DNA of 64,000 nt, taken from positions 208,477-272,476 of the forward strand of contig MU058769.1 in assembly GCA_013265495.1 (NCBI GenBank), written 5' to 3'. Position 1 is the stretch's first letter; the number at the start of each line of letters is the position of its first letter. Source of the DNA: Vicugna vicugna (taxonomy: Eukaryota). The position numbers and the translations under genes are program-made. The notes beneath the pieces are model-generated. The model was not told the origin of the DNA. It saw only the letters and a list, made by a program, of their open reading frames with translations, and ran no database searches. Positions 35,048 through 47,400 of the stretch are shown in pieces.

Positions 35048-35269
35048 CCAGTCTCTCCAACACCCTCCCCCCACCCAGCCAGAGCTCAGCCGGTCAAGGA
35101 GCACAGAGAAAATTTCCCTTCTCTTTCATTCTTATTATCTCCATTAGCTGGCTCCAAGGAGCCTGAGGAGAGGAAAGGGAGGCAGGCAGAGGGTCTAAGT
35201 ACAAGCCAGTGAAAAGATGGGGGAACAGGAACTCATCCACACTGACCAAATCTTTGCCAAATCTCCTGT

Positions 35270-35275
35270 TTTATT
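35270..35275 (-). terminator. MYO1A: MYO1A polyadenylation signal AATAAA
   Basis: tttatt on the plus strand, ~190 nt past the MYO1A stop. Confidence 0.75.
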
Positions 35276-35467
35276 AGTGGGCAAAAAGGCTGAGGGTGGG
35301 AGGAAGCGAAGTATGGAGGAAGGACTTGGAAACGTTTGGGAGAAGCAAGGTCCTCTTCAGGGGATCTTCAATCTGTGAGCCCCTTTCCCATCAGAGGAGT
35401 TTGACACGAGATACTCCCACAAAGGTGGGGGGGTGCCTGTCCAGCAGGAAGAAACTGCTGTGCCTCC

Positions 35468-38400
35468 TCACTGCACAGTCACCTCCAGGCAACGACTCCC
35501 CTTCTTCTTGCAGCTCAGCTTACGTTTCCCACCACCCCCAGGGCCCTGGATGACCTTGACAGCCACACTGCTCTCCTTGAACCTCACTGAGAACCTGGAG
35601 GGGGACAGACAGAAAGGCAAAGCTAGTGCCTCTTCCTCTCAGCCCTTCTGTAGTTTCTTGGTGGCTTCCCCTCCCCTCCTTGAGGCAAGTACGTTCCCCC
35701 ACCAGCCCCCTATGTCAGAAGACTCAAGGCCCCAGAGAACCGGGGTGGCCCTGCCCTGACATTGTTCGCTTCACTTTCCGCCTGCCCACGTCTCCCCGGT
35801 CACAATGACCAACAGCTTGGTCCTCTGCCCCAGGCCATCCCTCACCCCCGGCTCGTGGCCTTACTCTTCAGTCACGGTGACTGGAAGCTGCCTCTGTGTG
35901 GCATCCAGCACAGCCCGGTACATCTTGGTAAGCAGTTCAACCACGTGCTCGCTGACCAGCAGGAAGTCCCCCTTGGAGCCCACTGATGATATCTTAGGGA
36001 GGGGAAAAATAGCAGGAGTGGATTCATTTTCTCTCCATCAGAGGCCCAGAGGGAGAGGTCTGCTCTCCACTCAGCCCCAGCCCCGCCATGCCAGCCGCCT
36101 TCTCCAGTCTGAGGCCCCGCCCCTGCCCAGCTCTGATACCTCACTCAGATGCAAGCTAAAAAGCCCATCCTTGAAGCTGGTGACGGACACCCCGGCCACA
36201 CTATCCAGCGCAATGACAGTCTTGGCCTGGGAATTCTTGGTGTCTGTGATAATCACATGCCCCTTGGTCAGGAGGAGAATTCGAGAGGAAGTCTAGGGAC
36301 AGAACAGGGAAGGGGAGGAAAGGTGGGGGTTAGTCCCCACCCTTCCAGCTACCTGGCCGAGGCTCTGGATCAGGCCTCGGGGAGGAGATGGGATGTAGGC
36401 CTTCACCTTGCCGTTGCCACGGTTGACCTTCATCACAGTCTCTGCCACCAGAACAGGCCCTTCCTCTCCACCCTTCAGCTGCTGTAGCTTAGGGTTTCTT
36501 TGCAGCCCAATGTAGTCACCGTGGAACGGAATAGGGACACTGAGGGCACACAGGAGGTAAGCAGTTGAGACAAGGGCTTGCACCTCCCTCTCTGAGTCCC
36601 CATCTCAGGCCTCCTGTGCCCTTCCCCCACCCTCCAACATATCCTGTCTCAGTGGTTCTCAGAACATGGTCTAGGACCAACACCAGCAACGCCTGAGACC
36701 TTGTTAGAAAGGCAAATTCTTAGGCCCCACCCCAGACCTGCTGAATCAGAAGCTCTGAGGGCCTGCAGCAATCTGGCTGTTATCCAGCCAGCCAGGTGAT
36801 ACTGATCACACTAAATGTAAGAGCCACTGCTCTATCCCACCGAGGGAAGCCTCTCTTCGGTCTGATGAAACTGCGCAGGGTCAGGGAGGCCCTCACCTCT
36901 GGGGGTATGAAGCCTTCTTGCCCTTGAACAGCTCGCTGGCACAGAGCTTCTCCCTCAGGGTCTCTACCTGCTTTGGTGACAGCCGATCCCGGAATTTCTT
37001 GCACTGTGAGGGGATGAGGAAGAAGCTAAGGTCATGGAGGAAGAGGACAGGGCTGGGTAAGGAGCTGGGGAGACCACCAACATGTGGAAGGAGAGGGGCA
37101 GAAACTAGAGAAGAAAAGAGACAAAGAGACAAGGACAGACATGAGACTTCAGAGAGGGCAGGGACTGGAGGGGCACTGGGGAGGGGGAGGGGGGCTAAGG
37201 GAAGCTGGGGGGCGGGAGGGGATGGAAACAGTCAAATACAAGCCCCATGAGGGCTGTGTGCCCAGCGCACAGCACAAGGCCTAGTCCCAGACAGGTGCTC
37301 AGAAGTATTTCCTAAATAGAAAGAACACCGTGCAAAGTGAAATGAGCCAGACACAAAAGGACAAATGTGATATGATTTCACTTATATGAGGTACCTAGAA
37401 TAGTCAAATTCATAGAGACAGAAAGTAGATTATAGGTTCCAGGGGCAGGGGACAGGGGAACAGGGAGTTATTGCTTGATGTGTACAGAGTTTCAGTTTGG
37501 GGTGATGGAAAAAAAGCATGGAGATGGATGGTGGTGATGGTTGCACAACAGTGTGAGCGTGCTTAATGTCACTAAACTGTAAACTTACAAATGGTTAAAA
37601 TGGTAAATTTTATGTTACCACAATTAAAGAAAAAAATTTAAGTGGAAGAGGGAGGCAGAAGAGGAAAATCAGAGGGAGGAGGGAAAAAAAAAGACAAATG
37701 AGCAAGGAAGAGCCTGGGGGCCGGGAGAGGCTGCCCGCGCCCCGCTCACCTTCCATCGGTAGAAGAGCTTCTGGAGCTCGTGGTTGGCTGTGCTGAAGTA
37801 CTTGTAAGGGGCAGCTGGCCACGTTTTGTCCAAGATACTGGTAGACGGCAAATTGTCCTTCAGCCGCAGTAGGAATTTCCGGGCCTGGATTGGGGGCAGG
37901 GGATCAGGAGTGGGATGGTAAGAAAGACTTCCTGTCAGGCAAGCTCGCTCCCGGTCCCACCACTTCCAGGAGGAAGGCCTCCCACAGGGAGAGGCAAAAG
38001 TTGAGCTGAGGAGACAGAAGGGGGTCACCTCCTGATCTTTCATTGTGAACGCAGGCTTGAGGCTGGGCAGTAAGAGCGCGAAATGGGAGACAGAAGAGAC
38101 AGGATTCCTTCCAGGTAGATACCTTCTACCAGGGTAGGGAGGTGGGAGGGGCCAAGATGAAAACTGGCCTCCATGTTTCACTCCTATAGCTTCCTTTTCC
38201 CTCAGCTCAGAATCGCCTGCAGACGGCAGCCCCACCGTCTGTGTTAGCGAGCGGTCAGTCAAGCCCAACACCTCAGCCTGGCACACGAGGTCCCCTGCTT
38301 AGGGCACCCCCTGTGTCACCCTGGCACACCAACCAGACGGCGCCTTGCCCTGCCCTCCGCCCAGCCTCTTCGCTCTGTGCCTCAGCTCACGCGCTCTCGG

Positions 38401-41400
38401 CTCCACCCTGCCAACCCGGGTTCCACCTATTTTGAGATGCAGCTCAAAGTCCTCCCAGATTCCCTGTGCCAGGGGTGTCTCTCCTTTCTTAGAAGCCCCA
38501 CAGCAGGTTGTCTATACTTCTGTTTTTGTGCTACTGTTATTTGCATGGAAATCTTCTCCCTCTTCTGGACGGTGAGTCCTTGGGAGTCAGGATCCCAGGT
38601 CCTGAATTTTTTCACCATTCAACAATGTTGCCTGGCACTGTCCCAGGTACAGAGACACAGTGGTGAACAGAGTAAACAAAGTCTTTATTTTCATTAGTTT
38701 ACATTCTCCTAGGGGTGAAGAATGAGAGCGCCCACAAGGAAATAAACAGAGTGTAATCTCAGATAATTATATACGCTATGATGCAAAAGAGCAGGCCTGA
38801 GACAGGAACGAGTGGTAGCATATTTCAGACACAGAAAGCAAGCCAGTGTGACTGGACTGAAGTGTCCAAGAGGAGAGAAGATTAGAGAGTTGGGTGGACA
38901 GACCATGAAGGGCCTTGTAGGCTGTGGTAAGGACATTTGGTATGGCTTTTATTTGGAGTGAAATGGAACATCATTTGAGGGTTTTAGTGGAAGAGTGACA
39001 TAAAGTGACTTGTGATTTTTTAATTGTAATTTTTTTAATTTTTAAAATTTAGTACAATTTACTTTCTTATTTTGGAAAATTTGTTATTTGTGTAAAAGTT
39101 GAAAAAACATTACAACGAACATCTGTCTACCATATACTTCTCACCTAAACACACCAAACGATCATGTTAACATCTTGCCCTTTGTGCTCTCTCTCAACAC
39201 ACACGCACATATACAAATGCATATAAATACATAAATACACACTATACATACATTTGTACGAATCTTGGCCACCACATCATCCTGAAGTAGGCTACAGTTA
39301 TCATGACATTTTCCCCTAAAATTTAAGTGTGTATTACCCAAGAGCCAGGACATTCTCCTACACAATCACAATTCCATCACCACACCCAAGAAAATTAGCA
39401 TTAATAGATATACTCATCCAACAGCAGTGTATAGGCAAAGCTCTACTAACGTCCTTTATAAACTTCTAAAAGTCCTCTTTAGCTTTGTTTTTATTTTTCC
39501 TGATCCTGGATCCAATCACGTTTCACACATGGCCTCTGTTTCGTCTCCCTCAGTCTAGAACAAGGACTCTTTAAGTCTTTATAACCCGGGGAGCACCTAG
39601 CACCCTGTTTATTTATGGGATAGAGTTATCGGAAGCATAGAAAATGATTTGAACACTTCCACATTTGGGGAATTTTTATGACAACTTTTTACTGAGACAT
39701 TAGGTTAAAAAAACTAAACTAGAAAAAGGCAGAGCACACAGCGCACTGCGGTGACTCTCCAGGAACTGTCCGAGCTCTTTGCATCTTCCCCTACAAAGGC
39801 CCAGTGGGCGTAGTCTAGTCCCCCTGGGGTCCCTAGTCCTTGGCCTGGTTTGATTTAATTCAATAAACATCTCCCAGAATCCCCCATGTTCCAACTGATG
39901 CGGAGCTCTGAGGGTTTTCTTTTTTGTTTGTTTTTTTCCCTAGATCTAGAAAGTTCTGCTTTTCTCTGTGCAGCCCTCCTGCCCCTAGGGCTACCCAGAG
40001 CCGTGGATGCCTTGATTGCCCAGGCCTCTGCAGTGTGTGTAGGTGGTGGGACAGGGTGGAGGTGGGTTTCATAGGCAGTGGTTAAAATTCAAGGCAAATC
40101 GTTTGTATCTCAGCTCTACCATTTATCAGCTGTGGGACAACTACAAGTTATTCAACCTCTGTGGGCCTTAGTTTTTACCAATAAAATAAGGGCCTACCTC
40201 AACAGGGTTGTTGAAAACATTAGACTTAATGCTTGTAAAGAGCTTAGCACATAGCAAGTGTTCAAAAATAGTAGGTGTTAGTATTTGTTATAGGCAAGGC
40301 AATGGCAAACTAGGGACTAGTCAGAACCCTGGGGCAATTAATGCCCAGTGGGCCCCTGCATGCAGACTTCCATAGTGCATATGATTTATAAACCCAATGG
40401 CTCCTGGGGTGACATTTAGCGATTGCCTGATAATATACAGGTGCAAGAAAAGGTGGAAGAGAGGTCAGTCAAGAGATAAGAGCAGAGTCAGATTTCAGGT
40501 CTCAGGTATGCAGCAAGAGAGCACACGCTCTGGGAAGGCAGGCAGAACGCTGGAGCCTGCCTGAGGAGAGCTCAGGCAGCAGAAGAAGTCTAGGAAGATG
40601 GAGCTTCCCTGGGGAGGGGGAGGAGGACACAGCGAAGGCTCAGGGAAGCAGTGAAGAGGCCCAGAGCCCCCATTCCTCCACTCGCCTCTCTGACAGCAGA
40701 GAGGAGCTCCAGCGAATGTGTCTCGTGTCTTTACGAGCATAGTTCGTCAGAGTCCAAACAACTGCTAGCAATCTGATCAGTCCAGGTCAGTTCTAATTCA
40801 CCCCAGCCCTCTGTCCAGGCTCTCCCACCCTTCCTCCTTCTCTGTGGTCTTTCCCAGGTCCTCACCGGAAGTGCTGCTCTCCACCGTCTGGGTTCCTGGC
40901 GACACTCCCCAGAAGCGCCGCTGCTGTCAGATACACGTCTCTAGGAACCACCCCCTCTGCCCCTGTTTTCCTCTCACTGGTAACTGCTTGAATGTCCAGG
41001 CCTGGTCCTGGCCTCTTCCTGCCCACCCTGACCTGAGTTCTCCAGAATTAAGATCCTTCCTGAGATTCAGTTGCAGCCTGGCTGCTACAGTTTCAGAAGA
41101 GCTAGAAGGAAGATTCGGTTCCTCCAGCTTCAGGCCCTAACCCTAAGATGGACCTTGGGAGGTTGGGTTAGTTAACCCTATGTGGGTCCTCACTCTGCTC
41201 TTCAATGAGGCTCAGCCTTTTCAACTATAGTTAACCACCCAGCACCAGTGTCTCCGCTGCCCTATTCACCACAGGCTAGTCGGTCGGTGTGCTGGGACCT
41301 TTTCCAGACACAAGGGTGCCTGCAGGGTCCACTCATGCCAAACAAAACGTGCTCTGATTCTGCCCCTGCATCCTGACGTACTGCATCCTGCTCCCCGCAG

Positions 41401-44400
41401 GTTGCTGCCCCATCCCCTCTTCTCCTAGGACTTAAGAACCTGCAGACAGAGGGGGTTCTTGGGGAAAAGCTCCGAGTCACCTCTTCTTGAACCCCACATA
41501 CCTCCTCTTCCAAACCTGTCCCTCCCTCCTCAGCGCCCCACTCTCACCCTCAACCCCCACCACTTACTATGCTCCTGTAGATGAAATTTGCCAAGGTGAG
41601 AGCAGCCCCCGACCGGAAGTATTTTCTGTAATTCTTGCGGGCCTGGCAGGGACATACAAGAAAGGAGCCAAAGTAAAGATAGACAGTTATCTGGAAGCTA
41701 GAAGACAAACCTAGAAGAAGTTCTACTATTTGTCACCCACACAAAGAATAGATTAAGATAAAGAGCTGAGGTTAAAGCTGGAGGGAGCGGGTAAAGTCAG
41801 ACAAGCTGGCAACGAGGAAGACAGCTAAAACAGAAGGCAGAGCTCTGCTGCCAAGGCAGAGACACGGCCAGGCCTATGTTCAGATCTCTCCAACATACAT
41901 CCACCCCCAGACACGCACGGAGCAGACCCAGAAACACACCCAGACACAGACGAACCTTCACCCAGAGGTGTGTCCTACGTGCGGGCAGGACTCACTCTCT
42001 GCTGCAGTCCCCCCCATCCCCCAGCAGCTGGATCAGGAGGACCCATGTGGGGGAAGGACCCACGTGCAGGGAGGAAGCCCCTCTCCCCTTCCCCATTACC
42101 TTCCACCCTCTCACAAAAGCCTGGATCAACAATGCTGAGGCCTTCATCTTCTCATAGCGCTTCTTTTGCTGCAGAACACAATGGGCCTGTTAGAGAGCCT
42201 CCTGCTCCTGAACCACCTCTCCCACTTCCCACTCTCCTATTAGAGTGAGGCAGATGGGACTTTGGGGGCAACTGGTACCATATTGCCCCGAAACCAGGAG
42301 GAAATGAGGATCTGGCTCTTGCGCATCAGCTGGTAGTGGATGCGGCAGCGCCAGCCCCGGTACATCTTCTGTATGAGCGTGGCCAGCTGGTGGAGTCGGA
42401 GGCGCCTCTGCTCTTCCAGGTAGAAAAGCTGTGGAGAGGTGGAAGGAGGGACAGAGAGGCTGGCCTGGGGGAACCCTACAGCACCAAAGGCTTCCCAACC
42501 AGTGTTTTATTTGATCATTCCTTTGTCCTCTTACTTTATTCCTTTATTCATTCATTTATCTAATAAGCATCTACTAATCTCTAACTCTTTAGCAGGAACT
42601 GTGCTATGACTTGGAAACTCAGACACCCTGACCCTCACAGAGTCCTGCTTCAGGCAGAGGCACACAGACGGGCAATGCAAACACACCTAACTTCAGGGCT
42701 CTGGGCAGGCTGGGAACCCAAGGACTCAGTCCCCAGGGATAAAGTCCCAGCAGAGAGGACTTCCTCATCCACTAGCCACTCCAGGTCCCAGAAGCTCCCC
42801 TCCCCCCGCCTCTCACTCAGGTGGGCTCTCCAACTCATCCACCCTCCAGTCCCACCAAACATAAGGGCACTCTCCAACTCACAGTCTTGGGGCTTCTGAT
42901 GAAGATCTTTGTCTTCCCAAAGGCCAGCTCCTCTGAGGACATGCTCAGGTCCCCCAGGACCTTCTCGACCCCCTCCCTACAGGAGCAGGTGGGGAAAGCT
43001 GCCGAGGGGCATCCCAGGGGAGGGTCCCCTTCCACCTCTCCCCTACCCCCTTTCACCCTGGGAGGAGAGTTCAGGGCTCAAACAAACTTAGGAGCCTCCG
43101 AAAAGTAACCATTCAATTCACCTCCCCAAGCATCCATTCACTGAGCTTCAGTGACGTGCAAGGCAATGCCCGGTCTCTTCCCCGACAGAGGCTCCCTGCA
43201 CTGCCCCGCTCTGCTCCCCGGTCTCCCACTGAATCTTACCGCTCTCCACCATTCCAGCGAGGCCACGTGCTCCGGCTCAGCAGTCGGTACCTTTCCAGGA
43301 AGGCCCCGTAGGCCTGGCGGTAGGCGTAGCCTGCCCGCCGCACCCGCACATTCTCCAGCAGTCCTAGGTACCGAGCCTGGACGGCCACCAGCGCCGAGGA
43401 GAACTGAGCTCGCCGCTGATGCTCGTTGGGCTTTATACACCTGGCGGGAGGCGGGGCAAAGTCCCGGCTGCAGGAGCTTCACCCTTGCCTGTGTCGCCCA
43501 ACCCGGTCTCCACACCCTGTTCTGCGCACATTCCCCTTAGCTGAAAATCTTCAGAGGAAGCGGACACACCAGCCCTCCCAGTTTCACTCAGTACAGCATG
43601 GGCCCTACCTGGCCATGACGCTCTCCCTGCTATAGGACTCTCAGCTCCTCAGCTGGCTCTGTCTCCCATGCGGAAAGGGCCTCTGGCACCCTTACTCCAG
43701 ACACCGCCCCACGTGGACATGTTCTACAGTGCATGGACCCCGCACATGTCATCACTTATACAGCACGTCCCCCGGTGGGCCCAGCGTGTCACCTGATGTA
43801 GTTGGGGTTCTTGGAGTACAGGTTCTTCATTAGAATGGCCACAGAACTCTTGAACTGGGCCCCAGCAGTTGGAGGGCGTTTGAGAGATGCCTGCTTGGGG
43901 TCACCCTCAGGAAACAAGGACCGAAGGAGGGGGTGCCGGGCCTTCCACATGGCCTGGGACAAGTCCCGGAAGAGCAGGTCATTGTTCTTGTCGATGAAGC
44001 TGTTCACGTTGTAGGTCACCTGTAGAGAAACAGTACTTGGTCTGGGAGCCCTGACCTTGTCCAGTATTTGACCCTCCCAGTCTCACTGTGAAGTATTCCG
44101 GTTCTCATCTACCCCCAGCTCCTCTCCCCTTGTCTTCAGCCCGGGCCCGGGCCCGGGCCCTAGCCTTGACCCTCCAGCCCTGTCGTGTCACCTTGCCCGC
44201 GTAGTGGCAGATGCGGAAGCAGCCGAGGCCCATGCTGTGGTCATATTGGCGCTGGGCGTTCTGGGTGACTTTGCTCTCATAGTGCTCATGCTTGGAGAAG
44301 AGCTGGTTCAGCTTCGCTAGGAAGGTGGAGTCACTGACCACCCCAGGCCGCAGGCACTCCTCGTCCAGCATGGCCAGGATGCCTCGCTGATTCTGGCCAG

Positions 44401-47400
44401 GGGAACAAGATGAGTCCAGCCTGGACCTGGTCCTCCAGGACGTCCACATCGTCACTGCCACCCCTCTGCCCCCACCGCATCCTTTGCCCTCTTTACCATC
44501 GTTATCAAGTGGGGTGGGAGAGAGCGGGGGACAGGTGAAGAAAGTTCAGGCAGTCTGGAAGGGGAGGTCCCCAAGATAAGAGAGCGATAACTCACATGCT
44601 CAATGAGGTCACAGATAACGCCATTATCGAAGTAGTCCACCTTCGTCCACGGTATGCCCTGGGAGGGAGACACGACAATTTACATGGAGCAGGCCTGCAG
44701 GCAGCAGAGCTCCTGCCGACTGAAGGGCCAGACCGCTCAGGTTCAGGCCATTCCCAGGTGCGGTGGGGGAACACAAGCCTTTCTCTCCCTCCACCCCCGC
44801 AGGTCTGTAGGGAATGCGAAATGGAATTAAGTAAAGTTGCCCCCCCACTTCATCCCCCAAAAAACTTCCCCAACTGGTTAAATGAGCGACGATGTCCTTA
44901 CAATCCCATGTAGCTGAAGAAAAGCATCTTTACGACTGATACAGAAAGGTCTCTTGTTAACTGATGGAAGCAAGCTGTATGACAGAGTGTGTTCACTGCT
45001 ACTGGAATAAATTTCGTGGGAAAATATATTTACAGATTTGCTTGGCTACACATAAAAGACCTCTGGAAGGAGGCCGACCTCAGTTGCCTCCAGATGGGAA
45101 GGAGAACTAGGAGGCTGGGGCGGGGTGGGACGGAGACCTTTCTGTATACACCTTTTTAAGCCTTTTGAATCTTGAAGCATAGAATGTATTATCTATTTAA
45201 TAATTTAAATTTTTAAAATAAAAACATACAAAACAACTGGAAAAACTTTTCCACACGTTGTGATCACACTGCCTGAAATTCTGCCACGTCGTTTCCAGAG
45301 AGCGCACAGGGAGCGTCCCTGGGAGGCTTTTGCATGAGTAAGGCCTCAGCCACTCACACTTTGGAGGTAATCAGCTCAGTCAGAGAGCTCTTCTAGCACT
45401 TGGCCAGAGAAAGCAGGAGTGTTCGCTGACCAGGGGAAGGAGTGTGCAGATTCTGAGCCATGGGGCACTTCTGGGTGCTACAAGGAGGGGTGGCAACATT
45501 AGCCCGGGCCCAGAGGAGACAGAGGATTCGGAGATGTCAGAGAAGGGCACAGAAAGGGCTGCAGTAGGGTGCCAAGCCCAGGAGAAATGTCCCTTCTAAA
45601 TTTGGCTAAATCTGCCCTAGGCCAAGCACAGCTGTCACTTCACTCTCGTCAGGACTCTCCCAGACCTGCACCCGCCCCGACACCCTTCCATCAATCTGCC
45701 CCCTTTCTCGCCTGGCCTAGAGTGGGAGGATGGGGACCTGGCGACGGAGAGCAGAAAATTAGGGCTTCTCGACGATACTGTAAAGTGCAGCTGTGCAAAG
45801 GAAATTTTTTGTTCTTGGTGTTCCCCCCTCGGGACAACTGAGAGGCAACTGTGATGCGGGAGAAAGACGGGGCACGCGCCTGGAAGCCATCTGAGAGACG
45901 GGAAGCAGGGGAGGCTCCGCTCACCTCTCTCTTATACTCCTCTTGCTCCTCTTTCAGCGTCAGCTCTATGAACACCTGCTGAAGCTTCTCATTGCAGTAG
46001 TTGATCACAAACTGCTCAAAGCTGTTATCCTGGGGGGAAGGGGTACACAGGTCAGAGAGAGGCCAGCTCAGCCTAAGACCCTCCCTCGCCCTCAGCCTGG
46101 CCTCCCCTCTCTGAGCCTGTCACCCCTGACCCTCGGGATGCAGGGTGCCGAGGCCGCTGAAGCTCTCTCACCTCCAATATTTCAAAGCCGTAGATATCTA
46201 GGACCCCCATGACCTTCCTCTTCTCCCCAGTGTCCACCTAAAGAGGAGGAAAAGATAAATCTGAGGACCAGCCCTCTGCACGCCAGGCCAGGCCCTTCTG
46301 GGATGGATGTGAGTGGCTTCAGACAGAACTCAGGAGAGCGTGACCAGGCTGGCAAGGAATTGGCGTGATTTTCTCCTTCCTCCTCTGTAAATATGCTGAA
46401 GGACAAAAAGGGAGGAAAGGGCGAAAAGGAAGATGCAAATAATTCCCAGGATGGTGCTCCCTTGGTACAAAGTAGAAAGACATGAAGATCTTCTCAGGAG
46501 AATAACCATCCCTTATATCTGTAGAGCGTTTTACAAAAAATATTGTGTTCTAATTGCTTTAATCCTTATCATAGCCCTATAAGGTGTGATCATTCCCATT
46601 TTACAGATGAAAAAAATCAAATTCCGAAAGGGCTAAACGCTTACCCAAATCTAGGTTCAAATCCCATTTTGCCCTGCTGTCTTCCAGTAATAGCTTCTAA
46701 ATTGATGGTATTTTCAGATACATAATTTTTTTAAAAAAATTGCTCCATTTTGATCTAACTTACATGCCACAACATTTACCCTTTAAAGGTATACAATTCA
46801 ATTGTGGTTTTTTTAGTATATTCAAAAGGTGTACAACCATCACCACTACTTAATTCCAGAGCATTTTCATCATTCCAGAATGAAATCTTGTACCTATACC
46901 AATGAGCAGCCACTCCCCATTCCCCTCTCCGAACCACTGACCTGCTTCCCATGCCTATGGATTTGCCTGTTCTGAACATTTCATATAAATGGAATCCTAC
47001 AAAATGTGACCTTTTGTGTCTGGCTTCTTTTATACAACGTTTCCAAGGTTCATCCATGTTGCGCATGTATCAGGACTTCATTCCTTTCTATGGCCATATT
47101 ATTTCCCGTTGAATGGATAGACGACATTTTGCTTATCCATTTATCAGCAGATGAACATTTGGGTTGTTTCCACTTTTTGGCTATTATGAATAATGCTTCT
47201 AAGAACGTTCATGCGCAGGTTTTTATGTGGGCATCTCTTTCTAATTCTCTTGGCTATATACCCAGGAGTGGACCTGTTGGGTTATATGGTAACCTCGTAC
47301 ATAGTTTTATCTGGTCCTCACTAAACCATGTGAAACAGGTAGGCATTAGTGCCTCATTTTCCAAATCGGGAAACTGAGGCTCAGAATCTTTGTGAAACTG

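Noticed and set aside
41990..42035. Possible relic extra IQ exon (LLIQ... followed by gtgagt) where MYO1B has alternative IQ exons
   Set aside because: No plausible acceptor and no IQxxxRG pattern. Likely chance.
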